A DNA stretch of 64,000 nucleotides, taken from the NCBI RefSeq assembly GCF_018977255.1, contig NW_024704742.1, forward strand, positions 85,686,001-85,750,000, in the 5' to 3' direction. The notes beneath the pieces were generated by a model that was not told the origin of the DNA, did not search any database, and saw only the letters and a list, made by a program, of their open reading frames with translations. Positions 49,621-62,309 of the stretch are shown piece after piece. Within the stretch, counting starts at the first letter, position 1; each line of letters begins with the position of its first letter. Origin of the DNA: Callorhinchus milii (Eukaryota). Position numbers and translations under genes: made by a program.

Positions 49621-50709
49621 AGTAATGTATCAGCAATACAATTTGCTGCCGTGCAAGTGGGTTTTGATTGTCTTCGTTTGGGGTAAAAAAANTTATTGTC
49701 TAATGACACGCTCTGAAGTAACCATCCTCCCTCTAATTTGTGAGTGTGGTGTAACTGTCTTGCTGAGGCCTCGCTTGCCTTGAGGGAAGAAAGTGAGCTT
49801 CAGTCTTTAGTTTGGCCACAAAACACACAGTCACTGCACTTTACTGTGAATCCTGCGAAACTTTGGGAAACTTTGTCTCTCCTGATGTGAAAGGTGTGCT
49901 ACCAGATGTAAGGATTATTATTGCTTTGGTACAGTTCCAAATAAACAGAGAGACTTCCCTTAACAGGAGGGAACACTAACAAACCTGCGGGCGCCAGCCT
50001 GAGGGAGCTCTGGGCCATTAGCTTTGCTTTCTGTGAAATAACTTCTGTGTAGCAGGTCTTTCTTTCCCATTTACTTAACAATGAAAAGATGGGCCAGGGG
50101 ACACATGCCTCACCCCTCACTGCTGACGTGTGTTTTCCCCACTGAACGACGTAGTAAAGTAGCAAAGGTTCTGCACAGGCAGGAATGTATAACAGGGGAA
50201 TCTCAACTGATAACCAGGTTTTAACTTGTTCAAGCAAGAGCACTTTCTGTTTACATTAACTGAGGCGTATTTCCTCGTTCCAACAGATAAATCCCTTTTC
50301 TTTCTCGATACAGTACTGATTGTTAGCTGAGGTGCCTGCAGCCATGTATTCCCCATTGTTAATATGGTGCATTCGCTGATTCTAAACGCAAACCAGTGTT
50401 TTTGACACGGGGATTGTCATTTCAAAAGATTCCAGCTGTTTCATCTGTTTATTGGGGTTGAAAAAAGATTAATTGAGAAAATGACAGCGTTACCTGGACA
50501 CAGAGAAAAGGACGCAAAAAATAAATACATAAAATCTCAAGCAGGGAATACCCATTAAGTCATACTGTCTGGTGATAATTCTGCTCTAAGGAGCTCTTGG
50601 GACGTAGGCTGGTTTCCCTGCATGAGACGTACTTGAAGGTGTTTTTTTCTGGTGTTCAGGTGCCGCTTACATTGCCTTTCCCCCCACCTCCCTGTGCTTT
50701 TTTAATCCC

Positions 50710-51160
50710 ACTTATCACATTGTAAAGTCTCCCAAGTGCTTCACAGGATTTTACTGTGAAGTCTTGTGGTTGTGTATTTGTAGGAGAATGCAGTATTGAA
50801 ATTGTACACAGCAAGTCCCCACAAACAGCCATGGAGTGACTGATTAATTTTATCTAGGGGATGGTTGGCCAGGAACCGGGAGAAACTTCCTTCTCTTATA
50901 GAATAGTTGCATGGGATCTTGATGTCCACTTGAACAGGCACAAATGAAACCTCAGTTTAATGTGTCATCCAAAGAGCTTTGACATGAAAGGCATTATATG
51001 AATGTAAAGTTGTATTGTGGATGTCTGTCACTTTGGACAATACAGTATTTCCACAGCACTGGAGTGTCAGCCTAGCCCATGTGAGCTCAGAGTACCAACG
51101 TGGGGCTTGATCCACAACCTTTTCCACTCAGAGGTGAGAGTGCTACCAACTGAGCCACCT
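50710..51160 (-). mobile_element. DeuSINE-type SINE
   Basis: Deu domain and head gtgctaccaactgagcca. Confidence 0.7.
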
Positions 51161-51971
51161 TAATTTTGTGAAATTAGCACCACTTTCCAATATGTCTTTA
51201 ACCCACCTAATGCTTCTAAAGCTAATCTGATCATGTCCAAATCTCTCTATAAGCAACTTACTCCACTGTGTCTAGCTAAGGGGATTTAACGTTTGTTTAT
51301 GGAGAAACCCGCCCTTGGCACCTAGTGTTTTCTGGCACCTAGAAAATATTCCATACCCAAAAATTGTAGCAGCTTTCATGTCGGGAGGACGTTTCAAAAC
51401 ACTTCCTGGGATTCACTGTGAAATGTAATATATTTTCTGGGTGAACACAGCAGCTGGAAATGAAGCACGACTGTGATTAGGAACCCTTAATGTTTCTGTT
51501 GAATGTTGAATGCTCTGTTGCTAGGGTTATAGTAGGAACTGTATGTGCATTTTTACTTGTACAATATGGTACAGTTTTACATTTATACAGCACATTTTAC
51601 GTCAAGTGGGCATCGCTGAGGACTTTGCACACCTGACTGGATACCCAAGCTGAAGTGGTGGTGGTGGTGAGGAAACTGACTAAAGCACGGTCAAAGAGGT
51701 TATTATTATTATTATTAAAGAGGTACATCTTGAGGCGGGTTTTGAAAGTGGAGAGAGAGTTGGCGAGGTGTAGGGAGTTTCAGAGAGGAAAGGGCAGAAT
51801 GGCTGAAAGGTGGGTTGGACTGCTAAGGACAGAGGACATGAAGTAATGTTCTTATTGCCTGTACATTTCACTCAATGTGCCATTAGTGAGTTCAGTGTCT
51901 ATGGCTGTTGGTTTGTGCACCCTGGCCTCTGCACAATGCCACCCACCAGCACCCATGCGCATTTTCTTGTG

Positions 51972-52398
51972 TCAGCCTGGCTCAGTTAATAGCACTCCCA
52001 CCTCTGAGTCAGTCGATTATGGGTTCAAGCCCCACGTCAGGACTTGGAATCACATAATTTAAGCTGACGCTCCAATGCATCGCTGCATTGTTGGAGATGC
52101 TCTCCTTCGGATGAGCTGTTACATCAAGATCCTGGTTGCCTGCTCAGGTGGATTTTAAAGATCCCATTGCACAATTTGAGAAGAGAAGGAAGTTTCTTTC
52201 AGTATCCTGGCCAACAATCCCTCAAATAAAATTCGTAATTCACTTCATGGCTGTTTATGGGCCATTGCTGTGCGAAAATTGGCTGCTGCGTTTCCCCACA
52301 AAATACAGTCAAAACCATTTGCAGTCTCTCCCCTGAAATGCTTTGAGACGTCCTCCTGATGTGAAAAGTGCTATTTCCAATGTAAGGATTATTATTAT
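51972..52398 (+). mobile_element. DeuSINE-type SINE, full length
   Basis: gtcagcctggctcagttaatagcac...gggttcaagcccc head, Deu domain and gtaaggattattatt tail. Confidence 0.8.
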
Positions 52399-52639
52399 TT
52401 ATATGTGATCATCTGTGCGTGCACTGTTACATCATCTGCAGACGAGTCTATGCCATTGGACCTAGGCCTTTGGAGGCTGGAAAGCACATGAAGGTGCTTT
52501 AAGCTACTTCTCAGTCGCAGACAGCGATTAAAGAGAGTACTAGGATTCTGAACATTATTACAAGAATTGTAGCACAAAGTATAACTGTACCTATCCAAGA
52601 TGCTGGGCAGGATTCCTTTGAAGTTTCATGTTGGCTGTT

Positions 52640-52790
52640 ACTTTAGGGAGGATATATTGACTTTGGAGAAAGTCCAGCAGCCATTCACCAGGATGAAGGG
52701 ACATGGCTATGATTGTGAGGCCATGGGTAACCTTGATTTCCATTCTCCAAAACTGAGGAGATTGAAAGGTGATCTGATTGAGATATTTAT
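52640..52790 (+). mobile_element. CR1 ORF2 C-terminal fragment
   Basis: DILTLEKVQQPFTRM...RRLKGDLIEIF in ORF 52600-52905. Confidence 0.75.
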
Positions 52791-52921
52791 TATTACAATA
52801 ATAAAAATCCTTGCATTTGATACAGCTTCGTTCATGTCGGGAGGACATGGCAAAGCACTTCAGAAGATTTTACCGACTGTTCCTGGAGTGACTGTTCCTC
52901 CGTAGTGCATACAAAAAGACA

Positions 52922-53685
52922 TCAGCCTGGCTCAATGGTAACACTCTCCAAGTCAGAAGGTTGTGGGTTCAAGCCCCATGTCAGGACTTGCAATCACACA
53001 GTCTAAACTGACACTCTAATGCAGGGCTGCAGGTGTGTTTCATTGTCAGTGGTGCCGTCCTTTGAATGAGATGTTAAACCGAGGTCCGGTCTGCCTGTTC
53101 AGGTGGATGTTAAAAATTCCATGGCACTACTTGAAAAGAGAAGGGAGTTTCTCCCAGTATCCTGGCCAACAATCCCCCAAATAAACTTTGTCATTCACTT
53201 CGTGGCTATTTGTAGGACACTGCTCTGTGCGACTGGCTGCCGCATTTCATCCACAAAATACACTGTCAATCCACTTCACAGTAATAATAATAATAATAAT
53301 AATCCTTGCATTTGGTATAGCGCTTTTCACGTCGGGAGGACGTCCCAAAGCGCTTCACAGAACATACTGCAAAGTGAATTGACTGTATATTTGTGGGCGA
53401 ACGCGGCAGCCAATTGCGCACAGCAATGTCCCACAAACAGTCGTAGATTGAAAATGACCAATTAATTATTGTTTTTTGGTTTTTGAAGGGATTATTATTA
53501 GGCGTGTGGAGTAAGGAAACTTGCCCAAGGTTTCGCCCTGCCTGGAATTGAACTCAGGTCTCTCACTTGCAAAGCGAGTGCTCTAACCACTGAGCTACAG
53601 GACTCCACGATATCCTGTGAAGCAATTTGAGATCTCTCAACAATGTGATAAGGTGCTATATCAAATGCAACGATTATTATTATTA
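52922..53685 (+). mobile_element. DeuSINE-type SINE, full length, split by an antisense young SINE
   Basis: ggtgccgtcctttgaatgagatgttaaaccgaggtccggtctgcctgttcaggtggatgttaaaaattccatggcactac; tail resumes atatcctgtgaagc at about 53610. Confidence 0.82.
53283..53608 (-). mobile_element. Young tRNA(Ala)-derived SINE, short subfamily
   Basis: Near-identical to 5703-6027. Confidence 0.9.
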
Positions 53686-54499
53686 ATAATAAAATTAAGC
53701 CTGAATTTAAGAATTTGACAATTCTGTGCGATTTTCACAATTTTCAACCAAAATGATCTTGCAGGCTAAAGCTAGGTGGAATTTCAGGACTACGGTCCAA
53801 TTAAAAGACATTTTAGGTGAACATTACATTGCCTCAATTTGCCTGTTGACTTACTCGAAGTTGACTGAATCTTGAATGAATCTAATGCACCTGATACAGT
53901 AGCACAGCCGCTTAGAATAGAAATCTCAAGTGAGTATTGAGCTCTTCCACAATCATTAAAACAATTTGTGCAGAACATAAATTGTACCTGGCGGCTGGTA
54001 AGGAGTAAAATGAACTGGATAATCTATGTTTGCAATTGTAAAAAAAAAACTTCTCTTATATTAAGCACAATTTTGGAACAGATGTTAATGTCATTCACTT
54101 TGCTTGGCCTCCCTCTGGCTGAGTTCTTCTTTTGGAAAATAGTGAAGTTGATAGAATTGCAACACCAAATGCTAGAAAGCCGTAGGGGTGCTGTGGGCTC
54201 TGCGGTTTCCAAGCTTCAATGCTGAACCGTGCTGCCTTTCAAATCTGGCACTTGCCCTTTACCTCAGCTCCAACCGTGAGGTTGCTTTGAACAGCTTCAG
54301 CGGCGAGACCGTTCTGATGTTAAAGGAATTGCCTAGTGTGGAACCGAGCCATTCGGATCAGAAAAGCCACTTGTGTGCAGGCTGGTCTACACTGAGTTAG
54401 TTGATCTCTTGCATTTGTACAGTACATCAGAGGGCTGCTGGCAACTGCGCTTCTCTCTGTGGCGCACAAACAACAATAACAACAACAACAACAACATAG

Positions 54500-54800
54500 T
54501 AATAATAATTCTTGCATTTGACATAGCGCCTTTGCTTTGTCAAGAAGCCTTAAAGAGCTTCACAGGACATAGTGTAAAATGGATTGACTGACTATTTTAT
54601 GGGCAAAGCACAGCGGCCAGTTACGCACAGCAATGTGACCACAAACAGCTACGGAGTGATGATGACAAATTTTTATTTGGGGCTTTGTTGGCCAGGACAC
54701 CGGGAGAAACTCCCTTCTCTTTTCAAGTAGTCCCAAAGGATCTTTAACACCCACCTGAACAAGCAGACAGGACTTCAGTGTAACATCTCATCCGAAGGAC
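54500..54800 (-). mobile_element. DeuSINE-type SINE 3' two-thirds
   Basis: gttggccaggacaccgggagaaactccc...ggatctttaacacccacctgaac. Confidence 0.75.
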
Positions 54801-56179
54801 AGAAGCACTTATTTAAGAGCCTTTCACATAGTTAAATGTCTCAATGTGTTTTAAAGATGTAGCGGAATCCCGACTATAGTGGGAGATTGCAGAGCATAGG
54901 AGGGAGATGACCGAAGTGGCAGCCAACAAGCTTTGTTCATAGAAAGGTTTTAAAACCGGAGAAGGAGGGTCTGAGACAAAGGGATTTAAGAAGAGAGTTA
55001 CAGAGAGTGTGGGCGTAAAATGGTTGAAGGCTCCCCCCTACCCCCCACCTCTTGATCTACATTGAATAGCTTGTGCCAGGAATGACAAGTGAGAGCCACC
55101 AGTCCTCTCTCTTGCCACCATCGACATTCCCGGCAGCTGAGCCCTCCGTGGCAGAGATTTTCAGTTCTGCGCATACGGAACAATGGAAAAATATGGTGAG
55201 ACAAAAAGATTGCAGGAGTTTTCCACATTTGTCTGTTTGGATTTTTCCCCTCGCTGATATTATTGGTGTTGGAGCAGGTGGACTAATCTTTGCAAAGACT
55301 TTCCTCTGTCTGTTTCCTATTTAGGAGTTTCAATTAAGTATCGTCTAAGTTTCTTTAAAAAACATGTTCCTTTGCTTCAGTTTCACTGGGCGTTGCACAG
55401 TGACCCGGAAGTCTCCACAAGGTGGTCTGAATCGTTTCCATTGCATTTAGCACCACTCTAATATTAACACCAAGCTAAGAACTGAGGAGTCGACTTCAGA
55501 GTAGGGTTTGGAAATCATTTAAAGGCTTTGATTCAACAATTATTCTCTGTCTCAGTAGAGGGCATCATTTTATTTTAAACCTAAAACTGCAAAAATGAGA
55601 GTCTGTCATACTGTGAAGTGGCTGAAAGTTTCCAAAGTTTAAAAGAAAACACTTCTGTTATTTCTACATCGTAGCATAATAATTAGTAATCCTTGTACTT
55701 ACAAATATATAATGTCAAAGCATCCCAAAGTGTTTCGCAGGAAATTGGTGTCAAGTGCAGTGACTGTGTATGAATTATGCACAGTATTACCAATGTCCTT
55801 TCTTGACTGTGAGTAAAGATGGATTGTTTGGCAGGACGGTTCCAGCTTCTGCGATGACTTCTGCTGTGCTGCTCCTTGGTTAACAAGGTGCTTCCCCGGG
55901 AGATGTGGCCACAGTAGATAGTAACAACTTGATACTGATACTCTGAAATGCAAGTAAAGGAAGCTAAATATTGAAGTTCATCTGTATTACTGTAACAACA
56001 AAAAAATCAATACTCATTTACAATGTCAACACAAATGCAGACTCTGTAAATGTTAGTACTGAAAACATATGTTTCCATAACAATGGCTGACACCGTGAAG
56101 CTTGGTAAATTCACCAGCTAGTGTAGATTAATAGACGCCAGGACCCCAATGAATGGAGGGTCTCCACAGTTACAGTGAC

Positions 56180-56715
56180 TTTGGCCTGGGTCAACCTGGC
56201 TTAATGGAAGCACTCTCGCCTGTGAGTCAGAAAGTTGTGAGTTCAAGCCCAAAATCCAATGCACTGCTGAGAGTGTGTTGTGTTGTTGGAGGTGCCGTCC
56301 TTTGGATGAGAGTTCAAACCAAGGTTCCGTCTGTCTGCTTAAGATAGATGTTAAAGATCTCTTGGGGGTTGTTGGCCAGGACACCTAGAGAAACTCTTTT
56401 CTCTTTTTGAATAGTCCTGCCCAACAATAATGGGCTAGGATGTGAGACCCAAGCATTGACTAATGGATCGCTTGCCGGGGGTAATAATCCCTTCAAATAA
56501 ATACACAAATAATTTTTTTCAAAACAGTTGGTCACTCAAACTGTGACTGTACGTGGGACATTGCTGTGTACGAATGGCTGCCGTGTTTCGCCCACAAAAT
56601 ACGCATAAAATATACAGTCAATTCACTTTGTAATATCTTCTGTGAAGTGCTTTGAGACTTCTCAACAACGTGATAAGTCGCTTTATCAAATACAAGGATT
56701 GTTGTTATTATTATT
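56180..56715 (+). mobile_element. DeuSINE 5' part followed by tRNA-SINE 3' part
   Basis: ggtgccgtcctttggatgagagttcaaacc Deu motif, then ggatcgcttgccgggggtaataatccc SINE body through tail. Confidence 0.65.
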
Positions 56716-57211
56716 CAAACCAGGCAATGTTTGCCTAGGTCAGACCACTGTGGCTGATTGTGCTGCATTAAGAACATTGTGGAAAAGGCTCTTGAAGTGG
56801 TGGAGCTGGAGGGGCAGCTGAGAGCAGCAAATATCTCCTTCCTGGTTTTTTTTTGCAGTTCATGAATATAAAGGAGGATGATTGAGAAATATTAACTAGG
56901 ATCCCAGGAGATTCTCCTGCTGTTCTTTGAAATAGTGCAATGGGATCATTCACATCCATCAGAACAGCCAGACAGACTTTTGATTTAATATGTCATTCAA
57001 AGAGCAACACAACTAACTGGTACTGCACTGCAATAGGTTTTTAGATCAAATCTAAGCATATGACTTAAGTTGCTGAGCTAACCATTTCTGCTTGTGCTGG
57101 TTTGTGGAGGGATTGAGTACGCCACTGAATTCTTGATGGCAGCACCTGTCTGGAACTAAAAGGTTTTGTCAAGGTGCATGGTTAAGCAATAACCAATATC
57201 CAGTGGGAGGA

Positions 57212-57594
57212 TAATCTTCCCATTCAGCTCCTGTTACCCCTGAGAGCCAAAGCCCTAAAGGGTAGGGTGGTCCTAGCTGGACAAGCAGTGGGAAATTTTG
57301 TCAGTCAGCGATATCAATAGCAAGCTATTTGCTTTTAGTTGGTTAGACTCTAGCAGTACCCCACCACACACTCTGGGGTCCCCAAGCCTTGGCACTTGCC
57401 AACCTGCGCCTGACATTCTACACCTTTTGGAATTAGGTAAGCAGGACATGTTCGTTCCTCAGGGAGAGAGTGCACATTCCATTCTAAACATGAGAATTTC
57501 CATTGCATATGTAGTATTCTCAGTTTTGTTTGGATACTTTAAAGCATGGTGATGTGTTTCTGTATGTGTTGAACTCCTGGTTGAACAAAAAAAA
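57212..57594 (+). mobile_element. Family X copy with A-tail
   Basis: cttcccattcagctcctgttaccc...ctggttgaacaaaaaaaa. Confidence 0.78.
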
Positions 57595-57745
57595 TCTTTC
57601 CCTTCACATAGAAGATAATTAATGACTGGAACATGTTACCAGGTCACTGGACTCAATTAAGAAACAGCTTGATGCTGTGATGGGAGATTGGTAGGGTGGG
57701 TGTTCTGGAAGGATGAGATCAAAATGGGCTGAAGGGCCTTCATCC
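57595..57745 (+). mobile_element. CR1 3' end
   Basis: ttcacatagaagataattaatgactggaac...ggatgagatcaaaatgggctgaagggcct; reverse copy at about 22480-22550. Confidence 0.65.
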
Positions 57746-58342
57746 AAACCAAGACATCCAAATCTCTCTTGTGCCCTTGTCGTGTCCGCCCTTACTGTGG
57801 TTGTCCATTTGACCTATTGCTCTTCTCCCAAAATTTCTATATATCTGCGTATGTTTGATTTTGCACAGCAGACTCAATGGCGCTGAGTGAGTGCACTGGG
57901 CAGTGTGTAATGTTTCGTTATTCCCATGGATATCTTTCAAGATTAACATTGTTATCCCTCGAATATTCCCGACACAGTGAAGCCTGCCTCCTTATCCACT
58001 TGCTGTGCCTCCAAAAAATCCTGGCGCAAATTCTCATAAACAATAACTTGTTTATGTCCAGAGGTTACTGTCACTGGCAAGTTATGCAGAGATTTTAACA
58101 ATGACTTCTGTGTCCATTGCTGACATTCCAAGGCTCAGCGCACTGAGAGTGAGAGAGATGAAAGGAGCTTCAATAAGTTTGGCTCATGAAGTGGTGGTTT
58201 GTTTTCAACAGTCAGCCCCCATTATTACAATTCCCCCATTGGCACTCAGCACGGTCAAAAACAGCTAAGCCCCACATACACATTCTGCTGAGCAGTTGTA
58301 GAAGATATCCCAACAGTCAAAAGAATTCATTTAGACTGTTTA

Positions 58343-58700
58343 TAATAATAATCCTTGGATTTAATCTAGTGCCTTATCATATCATTGAAATGTCTTAAAG
58401 CGCTTCACAGAATATATTGTATATTGACAGTGTATTTGGGGGTGAAACGCGTCAGCCAGTTGTGCCCAGCAGTGCCCCACAAACAATTGTGGATTGAGTG
58501 ACCAGAAGCTTTTTAGGCATTATTACCCCGGAAAGAGATCCGCCAATCCACTAACAACCAGATTCCTACCTACTGCTAGATAAACAGGCGTGGCGTGTGG
58601 AGTAAGGAAACCTGCCTAAGGTTTCACCCTGCCTGGGAATCAAACCTGGGTCCTCTCGCTTGCGAGGCAAGTGTTCTAACCACTATGCTATGGTACCCCA
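58343..58700 (-). mobile_element. tRNA-derived SINE, long subfamily
   Basis: Tail, body and degenerate head present. Confidence 0.85.
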
Positions 58701-59019
58701 TGTGCATAAAATGACAGTGCAGCTTTGTGTTTTCAATGTTGCACAGTGTCAGGGCGCGTTATTTAAACCATGCGTTTGCATTTAATGGTTGTTTGTAGTG
58801 ATATAGAAGCTGACAATAAAACAAAATCACAAACTGTGTGAAGTGCGGGGGTGCTTATGCAGTCAGAAAAGTCTTGGTCAGCCTGCCAAGGCAGCACTAG
58901 ATTTGCAAGTGAGTACATGTAAGGCGCTTCAAGATGCTTTGATGGGATAAGGTGATACAATCATTAATATTGTTATTCCTCCACTGTGTTCCCAACAAGC
59001 GAAAACTTCCTCTCATTAT

Positions 59020-59272
59020 GTGGTTTTAGCTGGTTAGACTCAAGAAATACCCCAACACACACTCTGGGTCCCCAAGTCTTGGCTCTTGCCAACTTGCGCC
59101 TAATACTACGTTCCATTATTAGGTAAGCGGGATGTGTCCCTCCAGGGAGAGAGTGCGCATTCCATTCCAACAATCTATCTCTGGGATTTCCAAGTGTAGG
59201 TGGAATGCAAGGAATTCTCAGTTTGGTTTGGATACTCTTAAGCATGGTGATGGGTTTCCCAACTGACTAATA
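59020..59272 (+). mobile_element. Family X 3' half
   Basis: ggttttagctggttagactc...cttggctcttgccaacttgcgcc...gcatggtgatgggtttcc. Confidence 0.8.
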
Positions 59273-60835
59273 AAGAGCCTTCCTCTCGTTCCCAACACAG
59301 TGAAGCCTTCCTACTTGCCGAGTCTCCAAAACCCTTGGCGCAAATTCTCAAACTATAACTTGTTCATGTCCAGAGGTTAGTGTCATTGGCAAGCTATGCA
59401 AAGATTTTTTTTCCGTTCAGGAAAAGGTAAAAGGAACTTTATTTATGAGAGCAGTTGTAGGTGGATACAAAACTTACCTTTGAACTTGTAGTTGTGTAAA
59501 ATTGAAATCTTTTCGGTTTACATCAAATGCATTGACGTATCATTGCCATCTTGAGTGTTGAAGAACGATGCCTGAGGAACATTACACCATTATCTTGGAA
59601 GTTTCATTACCGGCAGAAATATTCCGAATGCCATTGTGGAGTATGCAACCACATTCCTGTAGCACAAAGTGAATTTTTTTTCATTGTTTTCAAGTTAGCT
59701 GTTGCAATAACAGGCGCCTGTAGCCAGGACAGATGTCTCACTACACTGTGCATGGTGGTTCCTAATAGTGCAGAATCATTATGGTGGCATACCTATGGGA
59801 AAGGGGTTTCCATAGTTTATCGCATGCCTCAGCAGGCAGAGGTTTATATGAAGAATAGAAAAAGAGAAGTCAAAGATAATGGCTTTAGATTGTAAAAAAA
59901 CAATTTTCAGTGGGCTGGATGGAGACTTCGACAATATGAATTTGCTGGAGAGGTTTGGCAGATAAAAGAGCAGACCGGGGCAGAGATACATTTAACTTTG
60001 GATGGTTAGATACAAGTTCAACACACAGCGAAGAGGAGTAAAGTGAGTGTAACAAATGTTCCATAGTTAAACATGGAGATTAGAAACTCAGATTGAATAA
60101 AATAACAGACACTGTCCATAGATCGGGTAATACAGGAATATAATACAGGAGGAAGTGATAAAAAATATGAAAGTTTAGATGGCAAGAGACAGAGCAATTG
60201 GCTTAAAGGAAGTATGAAAAGTAAAGACAAAATTAAGTGTAACAGCAAAGGCTTTTAGAAGCATATCAATTCATAACAGGGCTTGGTAATGTTGATGGGG
60301 TTCGGTGATGTGAACTGGGCTTTGGTGCCTCAGAAACACTGACCAGAGGCCACACTGTAATGCAGGGCGTTTTCACACAGTCTCATTTTATGGACCCGAG
60401 CAACTGCATTGTAACATTGTCTGACTGTCCGTGCCTAATGAGGACAGGCGGGATTCAGTGGAGCCATCTGCAGTGCTGTGATTTATTACTGACTCCTTTG
60501 TGGACCAGAGTAAATCTAATAGAGACATTAAGATGCTGCTGTTTATAACCAGCACAGACAGGGAGGTTGAAAATATATAAATCAATCTCAGTCACAAAAT
60601 GTAATTTGCTGATACATTTACAGAAGCTGCACATTATTTGTCTCCTTGTGTTGAAAATGATCTATGGTCATTTGACATCTCATCCTGTGTCTGAGAGCCA
60701 GACCAGGGGACCTGAGCTCCCGTCAATTGGCTGTGTTGGTTGTCTGCTGGGTCAACATGGGAATGGAACTCAGGGGGAGGCGATGGACCCAGTTTACTCA
60801 GTACAATAACTCAGATTTACGTGACACCTTTCATA

Positions 60836-60910
60836 TAGAGCAGGGTGGTCCAAGTGGTGGTCCCTGGGCCACATCCGGCCCGTGGATGATTTCATCCGAC
60901 CCGCGAACAC
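60836..60910 (+). mobile_element. Probable hAT-Charlie-like transposon 5' end
   Basis: tagag|CAGGGTGGTCCAA...gggccacatccggcccg, with the GGCCC-rich subterminal pattern typical of hAT MITEs. Confidence 0.5.
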
Positions 60911-61009
60911 AGTCACACTGTGTGTCTGGAGCCCAGGCTTTGGTTTATGTGGCACGAGGCGGTGATCAGCAGCAAAATCTGTCAATCACTTTCAAACCGG
61001 TAACAGGAG

Positions 61010-61435
61010 GGAAACAGAGAGAGAGATACAGAGACCCAGAGAGAGAGAGACAGATAGACAGACAGACAGACAGACTGATACAGAGACACTTAGAGACAGA
61101 GAGAGACAGATATAGAAGCATAGAGAGAGAAAAGAGATAGATACAAAGACAGAGAAAGACAGACAGACAGATACACTTACACAGAGAGATAGATACAGAA
61201 TCATAGAGAGAGAAAAGAGAGACAGATACAAAGACAAAGATCGAGAGACATACAGATACAGCGATACACACAGATACAGAAAGACAGAGGAAAGTGAGAG
61301 ATATAGACAGAGACACACACAGATAGCGAGAGAGATAGATACAGAGAGAGAGAGAGAGACATATACAGAGGCACATGCAGACAGAGAAAGAGACACACAC
61401 ATAGATACAAAGAGAGACACAGAGATAGATATCTC
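61010..61435. repeat. (GA)/(GACA)/(GATA) compound microsatellite
   Basis: Visible directly; source of the spurious Leu/Ser/Cys-rich minus-strand ORFs. Confidence 0.9.
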
Positions 61436-61886
61436 ATCACTGGATGTATTATTGTTTTAAAATGTGTATGAATTTTTAAATTGCCTATTTAAAGTTTGCA
61501 CAGTAACTAAAATATAGTGAAATTAAGTAAAACAGTGATGGGTAGGCCATCACTTAGTTCCATGCGGGTAAGAATACCTCACTAGTAAACAGATAAGGGT
61601 TCTTATTCACTGAGCATAGAAACAGTAATAGAAACATAGCAACTAAAACTTACACGGATGCCCATCAAGCCTAAACTGGTAAGTGACGCTGCTCTCCATT
61701 GATGAGTTGAACCCGTATCTCCCTGTGTGGGGATTCAACCTGTTACGCTGACCAGGGCTCAAGTCAGACAATCACACTCTCTCTAGAGTGGGGGAATTCT
61801 AGAGTTGAAGGGTGAGGGGTGGCGGGGAGGGGAAGGTGTTGATGTTCTGGGGGAATGTGCAGATATGGGTCCTTGTGTTCTGCGAT

Positions 61887-61911
61887 CTAACCGATACTCT
61901 TGCTCTCACAG
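61887..61911 (+). promoter_or_regulatory. Branch point (CTAAC), pyrimidine tract and 3' splice acceptor of the CORO2A exon
   Basis: CTAAC at 61887-61891, then ctcttgctctcacag ending at 61911 immediately before the ATG. Confidence 0.75.
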
Positions 61912-62112
61912 ATGTCATGGCGCCCACAATATCGCAGTTCAAAGTTCCGGCACGTGTACGGTAAACCCGCCAGCAAGGAGAACTGCTACGATGGCATCTC
62001 CATCACCAAAAGTGTCCACGACAACTTATTCTGTGCTGTCAATCCAAGGTTCATTGCCGTGGTGACTGAGTGCGCAGGAGGAGGAGCCTTCTTCGTCATC
62101 CCCATCGGCCTG
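61912..62112 (+). CDS. CORO2A: Coronin-2A, first (ATG-containing) coding exon, 67 codons; gene continues beyond the window
   Basis: Translates to MSWRPQYRSSKFRHVYGKPASKENCYDGISITKSVHDNLFCAVNPRFIAVVTECAGGGAFFVIPIGL, a type II coronin N-terminus. KPASKENCYD and IAVVTECAGGGAF match CORO2A rather than CORO2B (KVANREHCFD / LAIVTESAGGGSF) as I recall them. Flanked by acceptor ctcttgctctcacAG|ATG and phase-0 donor CTG|GTATGA. Confidence 0.9.
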
Positions 62113-62309
62113 GTATGAACTTTAATCCTCTGACTAATCACTGAGTGTTTCAGTTCCTATCGTCTGGTCAGTAAACTGTCCTCTGATCAACGCTGTTTTC
62201 TCCACTGTATTGACCAGGTACCTTACGCTCTGACCTAGAAATACAACAACAGAGTAGTGCATTCAGCACCTCGAGCCTGCTGTTAATATATTAATGAAAT
62301 TTCCGTTTG

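Noticed and set aside
59880..60275. Possible old CR1 ORF2 fragment (…KIKCNSKGF.KHI-like)
   Set aside because: Too degenerate to delimit or call confidently by eye.
60966..61440. Long minus-strand ORFs rich in Leu/Ser/Cys (also 41990-42711 and 10169-10539)
   Set aside because: Translations of microsatellites.
61912..62112. Assignment as CORO2B
   Set aside because: MSWRPQY is 2B-like, but most diagnostic residues (RH, KPASKENCYD, IAVVTECAGGGAF) fit CORO2A. Synteny or phylogeny would settle it.
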